Assembly (NCBI RefSeq): GCF_020745735.1
Contig: NC_083447.1
Coordinates: forward strand, 21,346,755-21,410,754
DNA length: 64,000 bases
Source of the DNA: Hemiscyllium ocellatum
Taxonomy: Eukaryota
Direction of reading: 5' to 3'
Under the pieces are notes generated by a model that had not been told where the DNA came from, did not search any database, and saw nothing but the letters and a program-made list of their open reading frames with translations. Position 1 is the stretch's first letter; each line of letters starts with the position of its first letter. The position numbers and the translations under genes were made by a program. Shown here piece after piece: positions 24,530 to 35,964 of the stretch.

Positions 24530-25260
24530 ACAGAAAGACACGAAGGAAACTGAAATTGCTGGAAAAGCTCAAATGGTCTGGCAGCATCTGGGACGAGAAA
24601 CCAGAGTTGACATCGAGTGACCCTTCCTCAGAACTGATGGTAGCTACGAAAATGGGAAGGGGGTGTTGCATAAACATTAGCACTCCGACGCGGGCTGAAT
24701 GGCCTCCATTTGGGATATACATTACCTGCATTTAGAGTGAGCAGCGAATATACCAAAATTATGGCAATTGATTTACTCCTCATAGGATGTCGATCTCAGT
24801 GTCATTCGTTGCCCGCCCTTAGTTGCCCTCGAACTGAATGTCTTGATGGGCCCCGTTTAAATGCAGAAGATAGGCTGGGAGAAGGGGGAAAGGAGTAAAC
24901 AGTAAGTGGGGATAGAGCTCAAAGAGTTGGACAGTTGGACAGACGGAAGAGTGGGTAACGATCCGGCCAAGGGGTGAGTGAGGACTGTGATTGAATGTGT
25001 GTAATAGCTGACTATATGTTAACAAGGTCTGGTGTATGGGTGCTGGGGAGCTTCGGAGCAGAGCATTTAGAAGGTGATGATGCTTAAGTCCTAAAGTTGT
25101 TGCACTCCATATTGAGTCTCGACGGCTGCAGGGTCCTCAAGCGGCAAATGAAGTACGACTTTTCTCAGAGTTGATAAGATTTGAAATGCACTGCCTGGGA
25201 GAGTGCTGGAGCCAGATTCCAGAAGAGAAATCACAAGCTTTCGAAGCGCTGCCCCTTCTT
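24530..25260. mobile_element. Penelope-related fragment that includes a terminal-repeat piece; paralogous to 33600-34050
   Basis: TTGCTGGAAAAGCTC..GGTCTGGCAGCATCTG..GAGTGACCCTTCCTCAGAACTGATG terminal motif; the same order of blocks recurs upstream of V4. Confidence 0.6.
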
Positions 25261-25289
25261 CAGCTGAAATCTAACATCAGCATTACTGG

Positions 25290-25440
25290 GACGAGACAGA
25301 CACTGTTCACAGCCGAGCGACTCAGTGACACCGAATTTAGTTTGGAAGCCCTCACCCTCCGAGTTGATCATTCAGCCGTGTAGTTCTGCGGCTGGAATCT
25401 TCACATTGACTCAGAGAGAATCAGCAGTTCAACAAAAACC
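25290..25440 (+). pseudogene. TCR V pseudogene, 3' half only (V4-like), with variant RSS
   Basis: FTAERLSDTEFSLEALTLRVDHSAV*FCGWNL has an in-frame TAG; RSS is CACATTG (25402-08) + 23 bp + ACAAAAACC (25432-40). No leader or FR1 found. Confidence 0.88.
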
Positions 25441-25519
25441 CCAAACTGCAGCTGGAAACAAAGCTGTTTCCTCTCACCGTAGATCTTTGAGTTTAAGAAG
25501 AGATCATGTTCAATAAAAG

Positions 25520-26310
25520 TCATAGCGTCACAGAGACGGACAGCACGGAAGCAGACTCTTCGGTCCAACCTGGCCATGTCGACCAGATATCCCAACCCAA
25601 TCTAGTCCCACCTGCCAGCACCCGGCCTATATCCCTCCAAACCCTTCCTATTCATATACCCATCCAGATGCCTCTTTAATCTTACAATTGCACCAACCTT
25701 CCACACTTCCTCTGGCAGCTCATTCCATATACGCACCACCCTCTGCGTGAAAAATGTTGTCCCTCAGGTCTCTTTTATATCTTTCCCTTCTCGCCCTAAA
25801 CCTATGCCCTCTAATTCTGGACTCCCCCACCCCAGGAAAAAGACTTTGTCTACTTATCATATCCATGCCTCTCATGATTTTATAAATCTCTATAAGGTCA
25901 CCCTCTCAGCCTCCGACGCTCCAGGGAAAACAGCCCTAGTCTATACAACCTCTCCCTGTAGATCAAATCCTCCAACCCTGGCAACATCCTTGCACATCTT
26001 TTCTTAACCCTTTCAAGTTTCACAATATCTTTCCGATAGGAAGGTGACCACAATTGCACGCAGTATTCCAACAGTGGTCTAACCAATGCCCTTGTACAGC
26101 CGCAACATGACCTCCCAACTCCTGTACTCAGTACTCTGACCAATAAAGGAAAGTATGCCAAACGCCTTCTTCACTATCCTATCTACCTGTGACTCCACTT
26201 TCAAGGAGCTATGAACTTGCAGTCCAAGGTCTCTTTGTTTAACAACACTCCCCAGGACCTTACCATTAAGTGTATAAGTCCTGCTCTGATTTGCTTTCCA
26301 AAAATGTCGC
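25520..26310 (-). mobile_element. CR1 3' fragment inserted in the 3' flank of the V pseudogene
   Basis: [39 protein letters not shown]. It interrupts sequence that is contiguous downstream of V4. Confidence 0.9.
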
Positions 26311-26569
26311 ACCAAAAGCGGATGATGAAATTGAGTAGAGCTGGAGAAATTGCCAACAAAAGTGAACAATTCAGAGACGTTTTAACTTTCCGGAAACCTG
26401 AATATGTCGCAGGTCTGAAGAATATCCAATCCAGACTCAAAGGCAATAATTCTCTCCCCTTTCGCTCCACAGACGTTGCCAGGTCTGCTGAGTTTCTCCA
26501 GCATTCTTGAGGTTTTGGTTCAGATTTTCAGCAATCTCAGTATTTTGCTTTTAATAGCTGAAGGTACAT

Positions 26570-27720
26570 AGACGCATAGAAGACAGGAGCAGGATGATGC
26601 CATTCGGCCTTTCGTGAGTGTTCCACCATTAATCACCATCATCGTCCTACTGAATCCCTAATTCTGTTTTCTTCCCATAACCTTTCATCCCATTCGCCGT
26701 CTCTTGAATACAGTCAATGTTTTGACATTAATTTCTTTCCGCGGTATTGAATTCCACAGGCTCACCACTTTTTGTTGAAGAAATATCTGCTAATCTGCGT
26801 CCTAAATGGTCCAGTCCGAATCCTCAGAGTTTGATCCCTGACTCTGGACACACCCACCATCGAGAACATCCTCCCTGCATCTGCCCTATCTAGTCCTGTT
26901 GGAACTTTAGAAGTGTCTATGAAATCCCCCGTCATTCCAACTCCCGTGAAAATAACTCTAACCTAGTAAATCTCTCCTCATACGTCAGTCCCGCCATCCC
27001 CGGTATCAGTCAGGCCAACCTTCACTGCACTCCCTCGAGAACAAGAGCCTCAGAAAAGGACTCAAAAACTGCACACTAGGCCCTGCATAACTGCAACAAC
27101 ATACTCCCGGTCTTTTACTCGAAACCTCTAGCTATGAAGACCATTTGCCTTGTTTATCGCCTGCCGCACCTTCAGCGACTGGCGCACAAGGACACCCAGG
27201 TGCCGTTGCACACCCACCTCTCACTACTTACAGCCATTCAGGCAGTAACCTGCCTTTTTGTTTTTGCTTTCCAAGTGAATAACCTCACAGTTACTCAAAT
27301 TATATTGCTTCTGCCATTAATTTTCCCACTCACTCAACCTGTCCAGACCATGCTGAAGGACCTCTTCATGCTCGTCACAGTTTACCCTTCCACCCAACTT
27401 GGTATCAACTGCAATCTTTGAGATGTTAAATTTGGTTCCCTCATCCAAATCATTAAAAATACGTGAATAACTGGTGTTCTAGCACAAATCCATGTGGCAC
27501 TGCATTGTTTATTGCCTGCCAATTTGAAAAGGACCGAATAATTCTTACTATTTATGCCCTCTCTATCAACCACTTTTTCTATTCAGTTGAATACACCTCC
27601 CCCAGTCGCATGTTCTTTAATTTTGCACAATAATCTATAATGCGGGACTTTGTCAAATGCTTTCTGAAAGTCCAAGACCACATGAACTAGCTCCCCTCCT
27701 TGCCTGCTTCATCGAGAAAT
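26570..27720 (-). mobile_element. Old CR1-group LINE fragments; paralogous block at ~29930-30830
   Basis: Degenerate RT segments (TTTGGTTCCCTCATCCAAATCATT..GGACTTTGTCAAATGCTTTCTGAAAGTCC), duplicated together with the V2/V3 units. Confidence 0.65.
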
Positions 27721-28000
27721 GAATATGAACCACCGTCCTTATACATTTATTAGAAAAGGAATAGCATATAAAAGCGGAGAGATGTATTACAGATTTATTA
27801 ATCCCTCCTTTGAACCTTGCTGTTCCTGGCAGTTCCCTGTCAGCCAATTAGGAGATGCGGGGCGGGACGGGGCTGATCTTGTGACGGGGCGGGACTATCA
27901 ATCTCACTGGCCGGGATATCAACCAAAGTGAGGAATGGATAATTCCAATGTTTTCTTACCAGTGACCAAGGTTGTTTGAAAGGGAACCTTAAAATTGAAG

Positions 28001-28507
28001 ATGCATCTGTTCCTGGCTCTCTTCATCATGTTTCACCGTAAGGTTCTGCGCAAATACAAAACTCCTTTATCCATCATCTAATTTGTTTCCACTGCCTCTC
28101 CTTCCTTCTGCTGTTTTTCTTTGCGTTCCCTCTTGTCTCTTTTTCACTTAATTTATTTTGTTTCTTTTTTTTCAATTTCCTGACCTCGGCCTCTCCCCAT
28201 CTTTGCCTCAGATGTGAAGTCTCAGACTATCCACCAGACTCCCGCTGCTGTCTCCCAACTCCCAGGGACGAAAGTGAAGCTGCAGTGCCGTGTAGAGACG
28301 GCAAGTATCGTCAGCATGTTCTGGTACAGACAAGCCCCGGGAAAGGGGCTGCAGCTGATGTTTTTCTCCAATGCTGCAAATTATGTGGATCCAGAGGGGC
28401 CGGTGGACGGTTTCACCGCCAAGAGACCAAATAACAACGAGTTTAACCTGGAAACCCTCAGCCTGTTAGTGAACACCTCGGCAGTGTATTATTGTGCTTG
28501 GAGTCTA
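28001..28507 (+). CDS. TRBV: TCR V segment V2 (TRBV30-like), apparently functional
   Basis: Leader 28001-28037 MHLFLALFIMFH; V exon 28212-28507 VKSQTIHQTPAA..CRVETASIVSMFWYRQAPGKGLQLMFFS..YYCAWSL. Confidence 0.9.
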
Positions 28508-28546
28508 CACAGTGACTCAGCGAGAAGGAGCAGCTCAACAAAAACC
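28508..28546 (+). other. 23-RSS of V2
   Basis: CACAGTG + ACTCAGCGAGAAGGAGCAGCTCA + ACAAAAACC. Confidence 0.97.
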
Positions 28547-31056
28547 CCAAAGGTTGCACGAAACAACCGCGAATGACATCACTCATCGCCTCGGATCATC
28601 GTGCTGGTGTCTATTTTGCAAACGGAGCATTTTGTTCTGTTAGTTAAGAGCAAAGGGTGAAAGGCAGAACACAGGAGATGCATAGAAAGATTTGTCAATG
28701 ATGACGTCAGAAAGGACAGGTTATAGCTGACCAAAGACTAGAGGTTGGAATGCTCTCTCCAAAATCGGCCGATGCATCTTGATCAAGATTTTTAAAAATT
28801 TACACGAGTTGGTAGTGAAGTCGTAACGAATAATTTTCCACTTTTCTGCGTGGGTGTGGGGTTTGAAATGGGACGCATTTGTTAAAGACAATGAGTGAGA
28901 AATGCCTTGGGATATTCAGAAATTTCTTTACCTGGCAGTGATCAGAGTGTGGGACTTGCTTTCATGGTTGGAGCGACTGTCGTTGCTAGGGACGCCAGAT
29001 AAGGGAGAATGAAATGAAATAATTTGTTGATGGATGAAAGTTAGCTTTAATGGGAAGAGAGTGATGCATAAACAGCACACTCAGAGGCGGGTTGAGTGGC
29101 GTCCGTGTGTGATGTACATTCCACCCATTTACAGTGAGGAGCAGAAATATCAAAATTATAGAAATTAATTTATTCCTCACAGGATGTAGATCTCAGTGTC
29201 ATTTGATACTCATCCTTAATTACCCTTGAACTGAATGCCTTACTAGGCCATTTGAAGGGGCAATTAAGGGTCAACCATATTGGTGTGGGTGTGGAGTCAC
29301 GTGTCGACCAGACTGGGTAGGTGACCCCTTATTTTATTTTTCCAATGTATTCTTTTTGCAGGAAAGCCACGACAATTAAGATCACGATCCTTGGGACAAG
29401 CTGTCATTTTCAAATTTCATTCATTGAATTGCTGTGGTGAGGTTCAAACTTAAGTCAGCAAAGCATGAGCGGGGGCTCGGGGATTAATAGCCCGGTTACA
29501 TTATCATCAGTTCACCAGCTCCCCAAAAACAATCTGTTGTATGGAAACAGCTTGGCGAGGGAGTCGCGCAATAATTAGTTTGGCATAAGCGTGACTGAAT
29601 GATTCTGAACATGGCTCTCTCTACAATTTCCCTCGAGTGAGCTTGGTAAATCTTTCAAGCGAGTGCCGAGATATGTAATGAAGACAGTTCTCTAGAGCGG
29701 AAATGTGCAATCACTTAAGGCATTAAGTGTTTGTAAAGACAAAAGATGCTGATGAAGAAGACAGCGACACAACGAAGGAAAGAGAAACCAAAGTAGGAAA
29801 GGAAATAAGAATTCTTGGTATTTCTTCCAGAGATGGTGTTCAGACAGCAGAGGGAGCGCTACTACCATGTAATCGATCAGTTGGAGAGGAACAGCAGGTA
29901 GCCATTCAACCTGTTACACAGGAACAGAAGGAATCCATTAACAACCAGCTCTGCCGAGTCCTGTTAGAATGTAATAAAACTCTATGAGATTTCTCCTCAT
30001 TCCCATGAACTCCAGTGAAAACAGTCCTAACGCAGTCAATCTCTCTTCATTCATCAGTCCGGAATCAGCCTGGCACTCCCTCGAGAATAAGAGCATCCTT
30101 CCTCAGAAAAGGAGCTGCACATAATATTCCAGTTATGGCTTCACCAGGGCCCTGTATAACTGCAACAACACATCACCGGCCTTTTACTCAAAACATCTCG
30201 CTATGAAGATTATTTGCCTTCTTTAACGCCTGCTGCACCTTCAGCGACTGGCGTACAAAGACACCCAGGTGCTGCTGCACACTTCCCCCTCACTATTTAC
30301 AGCCATCCAGGCAGTATCATGCCTTTTTGATTTTGCTTTCCAAGTGAATAACCTCACAGTTATTCAAATTATATTGTTTCTGCCATTAATTTGCCCACTC
30401 ATCCAACCTGTTCAGACTATACTGAAGGATCTATGCATCCTCGCCTCAGTTTATTCTCCCACCCAAATGGTATCAAATGTAAACTTTGAGATGTTACATT
30501 TTGTTCCCTCATCCAAATCATTGATATATATTGTGAATAGCTGGGGTCCTAGCACCATTGGTGGGACACTGCACTCTTTACTGCCTGCCAATCTGAAACT
30601 GACCCATTACTTCTATGTTCTATGTTCATACTCTTTGAGTCCTATCTGCCAACCAGTTTTTTTTTATCCATCTGAATACACTTCCCCCAATCCCAGGCAC
30701 TTTGATCTTGAACAATCAACTCGTACGCGAGATTTTGTCAAATGATTTCTGAAAATTCAAATTTACCACATCGACCAGCTCCCCCTTGTCTGCTTCCTGT
30801 CTGCTTCACCGAGAAATACGTTTATTAGAAAAGGGGTAGCGTTAAAAGTGGAGAGCCTTATTGCAGATTTATTAATCTTGCTGTTCCTGGCAGCCAATTA
30901 GGAGATGAGGAGCGGGGCTGATCTTGAGACGGGGCGGGACTATCAATATGACTGGGCGGGACCGGGATGTCACTCAAAGTAAGGAGCGAAGCGATATATT
31001 TCCAATGGTTTCTTACCAGTGACCAAGGTTTTTGAAAGGGAACTTTAAATTTGAAG

Positions 31057-31573
31057 ATGTATCTGTTGCTAGCTCTCTTCGTCATGTTTCACCGTAAGCG
31101 TCGGCATATGTACAAAACCTTACCCAACATCTAACTCTCTTTTCACTGGCTCTCCATGTCTCCGGCTGTTTTCCCTATTATCTCTCTTGCACTGAATTTA
31201 TCTTGTTTCTTTTTTTAAACTGCAAGACCGTGCGTGTTCAATTTTCTAACCTCTGCCTTTTCCTATCTATTCCTCAGATGTGAAGTCTCAGACAATCCAC
31301 CAGACGCCCGCCGCCGTCTCCCAAATTCCAGAGATCAGAGTGAAGCTGCAGTGCCGTGTGGAGACAACAAGTACCCCGCGTATGTTCTGGTACAGACAAG
31401 TCCCGGGAAAGGGGCTGCAGCTGATGGTTTACTCCAATGTCGCAAATCATGTGGACCCAGAGGAGCCGGTGCACGGTTTCACTGCCCACAGACCAAATAA
31501 CAACGAGTTTAACCTGGAGACCCACAAACTTTTGGTGAACACCTCGGCAGTGTATTACTGCGCCTGGAGTCTT
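31057..31573 (+). CDS. TRBV: TCR V segment V3 (TRBV30-like), open frame, variant heptamer
   Basis: Leader 31057-31093 MYLLLALFVMFH; V exon 31278-31573 VKSQTIHQTPAA..CRVETTSTPRMFWYRQVPGK..YYCAWSL. Confidence 0.88.
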
Positions 31574-31612
31574 CACACTAACTCAAAAGGAAGGAGCAGC
31601 TCAACAAAAACC
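31574..31612 (+). other. 23-RSS of V3 with non-consensus heptamer
   Basis: CACACTA + ACTCAAAAGGAAGGAGCAGCTCA + ACAAAAACC. Confidence 0.9.
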
Positions 31613-32583
31613 CCAAAGGTTGCACGAAACAACCGCGAATACCATCACTCATCGCCTCGGCTCATCGTGCAGGGCTGTATTTTCAAACGGAGCATTTTGT
31701 TCTGTTAATTAAGAGCAATGGGTGAAATGCAGAACACAGCAGATGCAGAGAAAGACTTGTAAAGATGACATCAGAGAGGACTGATGAAAGACTGGAGGTT
31801 GGAATGCTCTCTATAGAATCGGCTGAGGTATCCCGAATAAACCTGAAAAAGATTATCGTGGGTTGTGAGGGAATTCGTAACGAATTCCCACTTTTCTGCG
31901 TGGGAGTGGGGTTTGAAATGGGACGCATTTGTTAAAGACAATGAGTGAGAAATGCTATGGGATATTCAGGAGATTTCTTTATTTGGCAGTGGTGAGTGCG
32001 TGGGACTTGCTTTCGGTTGGAGCGACTGCTGTTACCAGGGAAGTCAGATGAGGGAGAATGAAATGAAATAATTTGTTGATGGATGAAAGTTAATGTTAAT
32101 GGGAAGAGGGTGATGCATAAACAGCAGCATTTAGACGCGGACCGAATGTAAATTCCACCCACTTACAGTGAGGAGCAGAAATATCAAAATTATAGGAATT
32201 AATTTATTCCTCACAGGATGTAGATCTCAGTGTCATTTGTTATTCATCCTTAATTGCCCTTGAACTGAATGCCTTACTAGGTCATTTGAAGAGGCAGTTA
32301 AGGGTCAATCATATTGGTGTGGGTGGAGTCACATGTCGACTTGACTAAGTAGGTGACCCCATATTTTATTTCCCCAATGTATGCTTTTTACAGAAAAGCC
32401 ATGATAGTTAAGATCACGATCGCTGAGGCAAACTGTCATTTTCAAATTTCATTCATTGAATTGCTATGGTGAGATTTAAACTTAAGTCAGCAAAGCACGA
32501 GCGGGGGCTCGGGGATTAATAGCCCGGTTACATTATCATCACTTCACCAGTTCCCCCAAAATAATCTGTTGTATGGAAACACA

Positions 32584-32800
32584 CGGCGAAAGTGAGGACT
32601 GCAGATGCTGGAGATCAGATTCAAGATTAGTGTGGTGCTGGAAACGCACTGCAGGTCGGGCACCAACGGAGGAGCAGGAAAATCGACGTTTCGTGCAGAA
32701 GCCCTTCATCGGCCCTTCCTGATGAAGGGCTTTTGCCCGAAAAGTCGATTTTCCTGCTCCTAGAAAGCTGCTTTGCTTTCCCAGTACCACTGTAATCTTG
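32584..32800. mobile_element. Short Penelope-derived inverted-repeat element with a 13-bp TSD and hammerhead-like cores
   Basis: Direct repeat GTATGGAAACACA at 32571-83 and 32801-13; inverted arms ~32623-32712 and 32718-32800; CTGATGA-A-GGGC-TTTT-GCCC-GAAA at 32719-32742. Absent from the paralogous V2 flank. Confidence 0.85.
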
Positions 32801-33599
32801 GTATGGAAACACAGTTTGAGGAAGGAGTTGCGCAATAATTAGTTCGGCATTCGCATAACGGAATGACTTTGAACATGGCCTTCTCTTCTGTTTGCCTCTG
32901 GTGAGTTTGTACCTCTTTCAGGCGATTGTCTAGATTTGTAATGAAGACAGTTCGCTAGAGCAGGAATGTGCAAAAGATTCCACAAATCACTTAAGTCATT
33001 AAGTGTTGTATGGACAAAAGGTGCTGATGAAGAAGACAGCGACACAACGAAGGAAAGAGAGATCAAAGCAGAAAAGGAAATAAGATTTCTTGGTATTTCT
33101 TCCAGAGATGGTGTTCAGACAGCAGGGGGAGTTCAACGACCATGTAATTGATCAGTCGGGGAGGAACAGCAAGTGGCCATTCAACCTGTTACACAGGCAC
33201 AGAAGGAACTCATGAACAACCAGCGCTCTTTTACACTGGAACGCATCCAGACATTGTTTTCTGTTAAATCAATCTGTTATGACACACCTCAGTGGCCATC
33301 AAGTCCTGAACTGGGACTTGATCTCGGTAGTGACACTGCCACTGAGCAGCTCATAGACGATTAATTGGCAAAAAAGAAATCGGCTATTAGCTTTTCTGAT
33401 TCGCGAATATTCAGGGGGCAAACAGACCTTTTATTAGCTTTAGTTAAATGAATATCTCTTTGGGAACTGAAAGGAGGGGAGCAGTCCGTACATGTGTCTT
33501 AGAAATCCTGAAAGATTGATGGGAAACTCGGAATGTTTTCCAACAATGCCAAAATTATCTACAGTAGAGCTAGGAGTGGTATGATGAGAAACGTCTTTA

Positions 33600-34050
33600 C
33601 TCAGAAACGAAAAGGAAAACCAAGAGTTGCTGGAAAATCTCTGTAGGTCTAGCAGCATCTGCGGAGAGAAATCAGAGTAAACGTTTCGGGTGGAGTGACC
33701 CTTCCTCAGAACTGATGATAGCTAGAAAAATGTCAGTTTATATGCAGAAAGTAGAGTGTGGAGAAGGGTAAGGAGTAAAGGTAGGTGGGGATAGAGACCA
33801 AAAACAGAGAAGAACAGTTGCACAAACAAAAGAGTGGATAACGATCCAGTCAGGGGGTGAATTGTTATCAATGAGGACTGTTATTGAATAACAATAGGTC
33901 GTGTGTAACACTGTGGCGTGGTACATGGGTGCTAAGGTAATGATATGGAAGCGCTTAGGCCCTCAAGTTGTTCCACTCGATATTGAGTTCAAAAGGCTTC
34001 AAGGAGCTTCAGAGTTGTTAGGACTTGAAACATGCTGTCTGGGAGAGTGA
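33600..34050. mobile_element. Penelope-related fragment upstream of V4
   Basis: AACGTTTCGGGTGGAGTGACCCTTCCTCAGAACTGA terminal motif; paralogous to 24530-25260. Confidence 0.6.
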
Positions 34051-34391
34051 AGGTGGTAGATTCCTTAAGACTGTTCAAAAGAGGAGCTGATTATATATAC
34101 CTGCAAGCGATGAATTTAAAAATCTACAGAGATTGGATTAAATTTTAGGTTTAAGAAAGGCAGATTTTAACAGAGTGAGGCAGATACTGTCCATCGTAAA
34201 CTGGGAAGGTCTAACAGGTAAAATACGCATGTTAGTTCCGATTGGTTGAAGGATCTGGGGGCGTGTCAATCCACCTCTCTCCTTAAAACCTTGATGTATC
34301 CCTCAACAGCTTGAAAACAGTGGACTGGTTCTCCAGAAGACGTCCAACGCTGTGTCTACACCTTCCTTTGCAAACGGAAAATTTCAAGCAA

Positions 34392-34841
34392 ATGATGAAA
34401 CTGATCTTGGGTGTAATGACTCTGTTTCACTGTAAGAGATTTTCTCAAATATCCGTTTTGTTCATGAACTTTCTTTTATTGCTACATGTCTTTGCCCTAA
34501 ATGTATTCATTTACCGACCTCACCTTCTCCCTGTCTCTGTTACAGTCGTGGATTCGCAGATAATCCAGCAGATTCCCGCCGCTTTCTCCAAAATGCCAGG
34601 GGAGATTGTCATTTTGAGGTGCACAGTACAAGGCACCAGCAACCCTTACATGTACTGGTACAGACAACGCCCAGGGAAGGAGCCACAGTTCATGTTTTAC
34701 TCCACAGGTCGCAGTATCGTAACTCCAGGCGAATCGGTAGACGGTTTCAAGGCTGATCGACCGAGTAACACTGAGTTTAATCTGAAATCCCCCACCCTTC
34801 TCGTCAATCATTCGGCTGTATATTTCTGCGCCTGGAGTCTT
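34392..34841 (+). CDS. TRBV: TCR V segment V4 (TRBV30-like), apparently functional
   Basis: Leader 34392/34395-34431 (M)MKLILGVMTLFH; 114-bp intron; V exon 34546-34841 VDSQIIQQIPAA..CTVQGTSNPYMYWYRQRPGK..YFCAWSL. Confidence 0.9.
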
Positions 34842-34880
34842 CACAGTGAGTCAGAGAGAGGGAGCAGCTCAACAAAAACG
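34842..34880 (+). other. 23-RSS of V4
   Basis: CACAGTG + AGTCAGAGAGAGGGAGCAGCTCA + ACAAAAACG. Confidence 0.95.
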
Positions 34881-35504
34881 CCAAACAGCAGCTGGAAGCA
34901 AAGATGTTTCCTCTCACCGCAGACCTTTGACATTAAGACATTCAGTTCCAATGAAAGTAGATAATGAAATTGAGTAGCGCTGGAGAAATTGCAAACAAAA
35001 GTGAACAATTCTGAGAAGATTTAACTTTCAGGGAAGTTGAAAATGTCTCAGATCTGGAGACGTTATACCAGACTCGAAGCATCAATCCTCCCCCCTTGCT
35101 GAATTTCTCCAGTATTCTATGCTTCTTTTTTCAGATTTCCAACATTCTCAGTATTTTGATTTTATTGGGTGAACATGTCGGCCTCGTTCAGAAATTCGTT
35201 TTCCTGCAAAAGGAATATCATGTAAAAGTGGAGAGATGCATTGTAGCTCTTTGGTGAGACCACGTCTGGAGTACTAAATGCAATCTTTTCCTTAGTTAAA
35301 AAAAAGGTGAGGTGGAACAGAAATGCACCTGGAATGTACTGGCACAGACAATCCCTAAGAAATGAACTACAGGTTGTACTTTACTCTGATGCTGCAACCA
35401 GTTCAATCCAAAGGAAGAGCAAAAGTGGTTTCTCTGTCAAGCAACTGAGTGACTCTTGAGTTCAAGCAGATGTCCCCCACCCTCCCCCTCCTGGCGAAAG
35501 CCCC

Positions 35505-35550
35505 AACTGGAGTTGTCACAGTGACTCAGGGCAGGAAACACCTGTTAACG
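35505..35550 (+). pseudogene. V-gene 3'-end remnant: heptamer with spacer and nonamer deleted
   Basis: CTGGAGTTGT-CACAGTG (35517-23)-ACTCAGG, fused to GCAGGAAACACCTGTTAACGATAAA. Flanks are paralogous to 21230-21600. Confidence 0.6.
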
Positions 35551-35964
35551 ATAAAAACAAGGCGCAGCAACATCTTGCTTCTCTTCTGAAGACTCCAAAT
35601 AAAGGTTATTTTGAAAGCGAGGGAATAGATTTGGAGTCTCTGGCAAGCAAGGTAATGAAGATGACTAAGGGAGATCCGAACTGGAAAGTTTAACAGTCAA
35701 AGGGGATGTATAGACGGTGCTCTAGGGCAATGAACAAAAACGGTACTGGTACATGGTGGGACAGGAACGCAAGTACAGGGGAAGCCATTTGGTTCTTCTG
35801 TACCTGTATCTGAAATACCTCTATTCACCAAGTCACCCATTATTTACAGGTGAATAGTACATGAGGCTGACCCAGCTAGCATCGAGCCGTCTCATAGAGT
35901 AGGCAGAACCCTTGATACCCTCATTTATCTTTTTTTAAAAGAGAAACAGGATGTCTGACACCCC

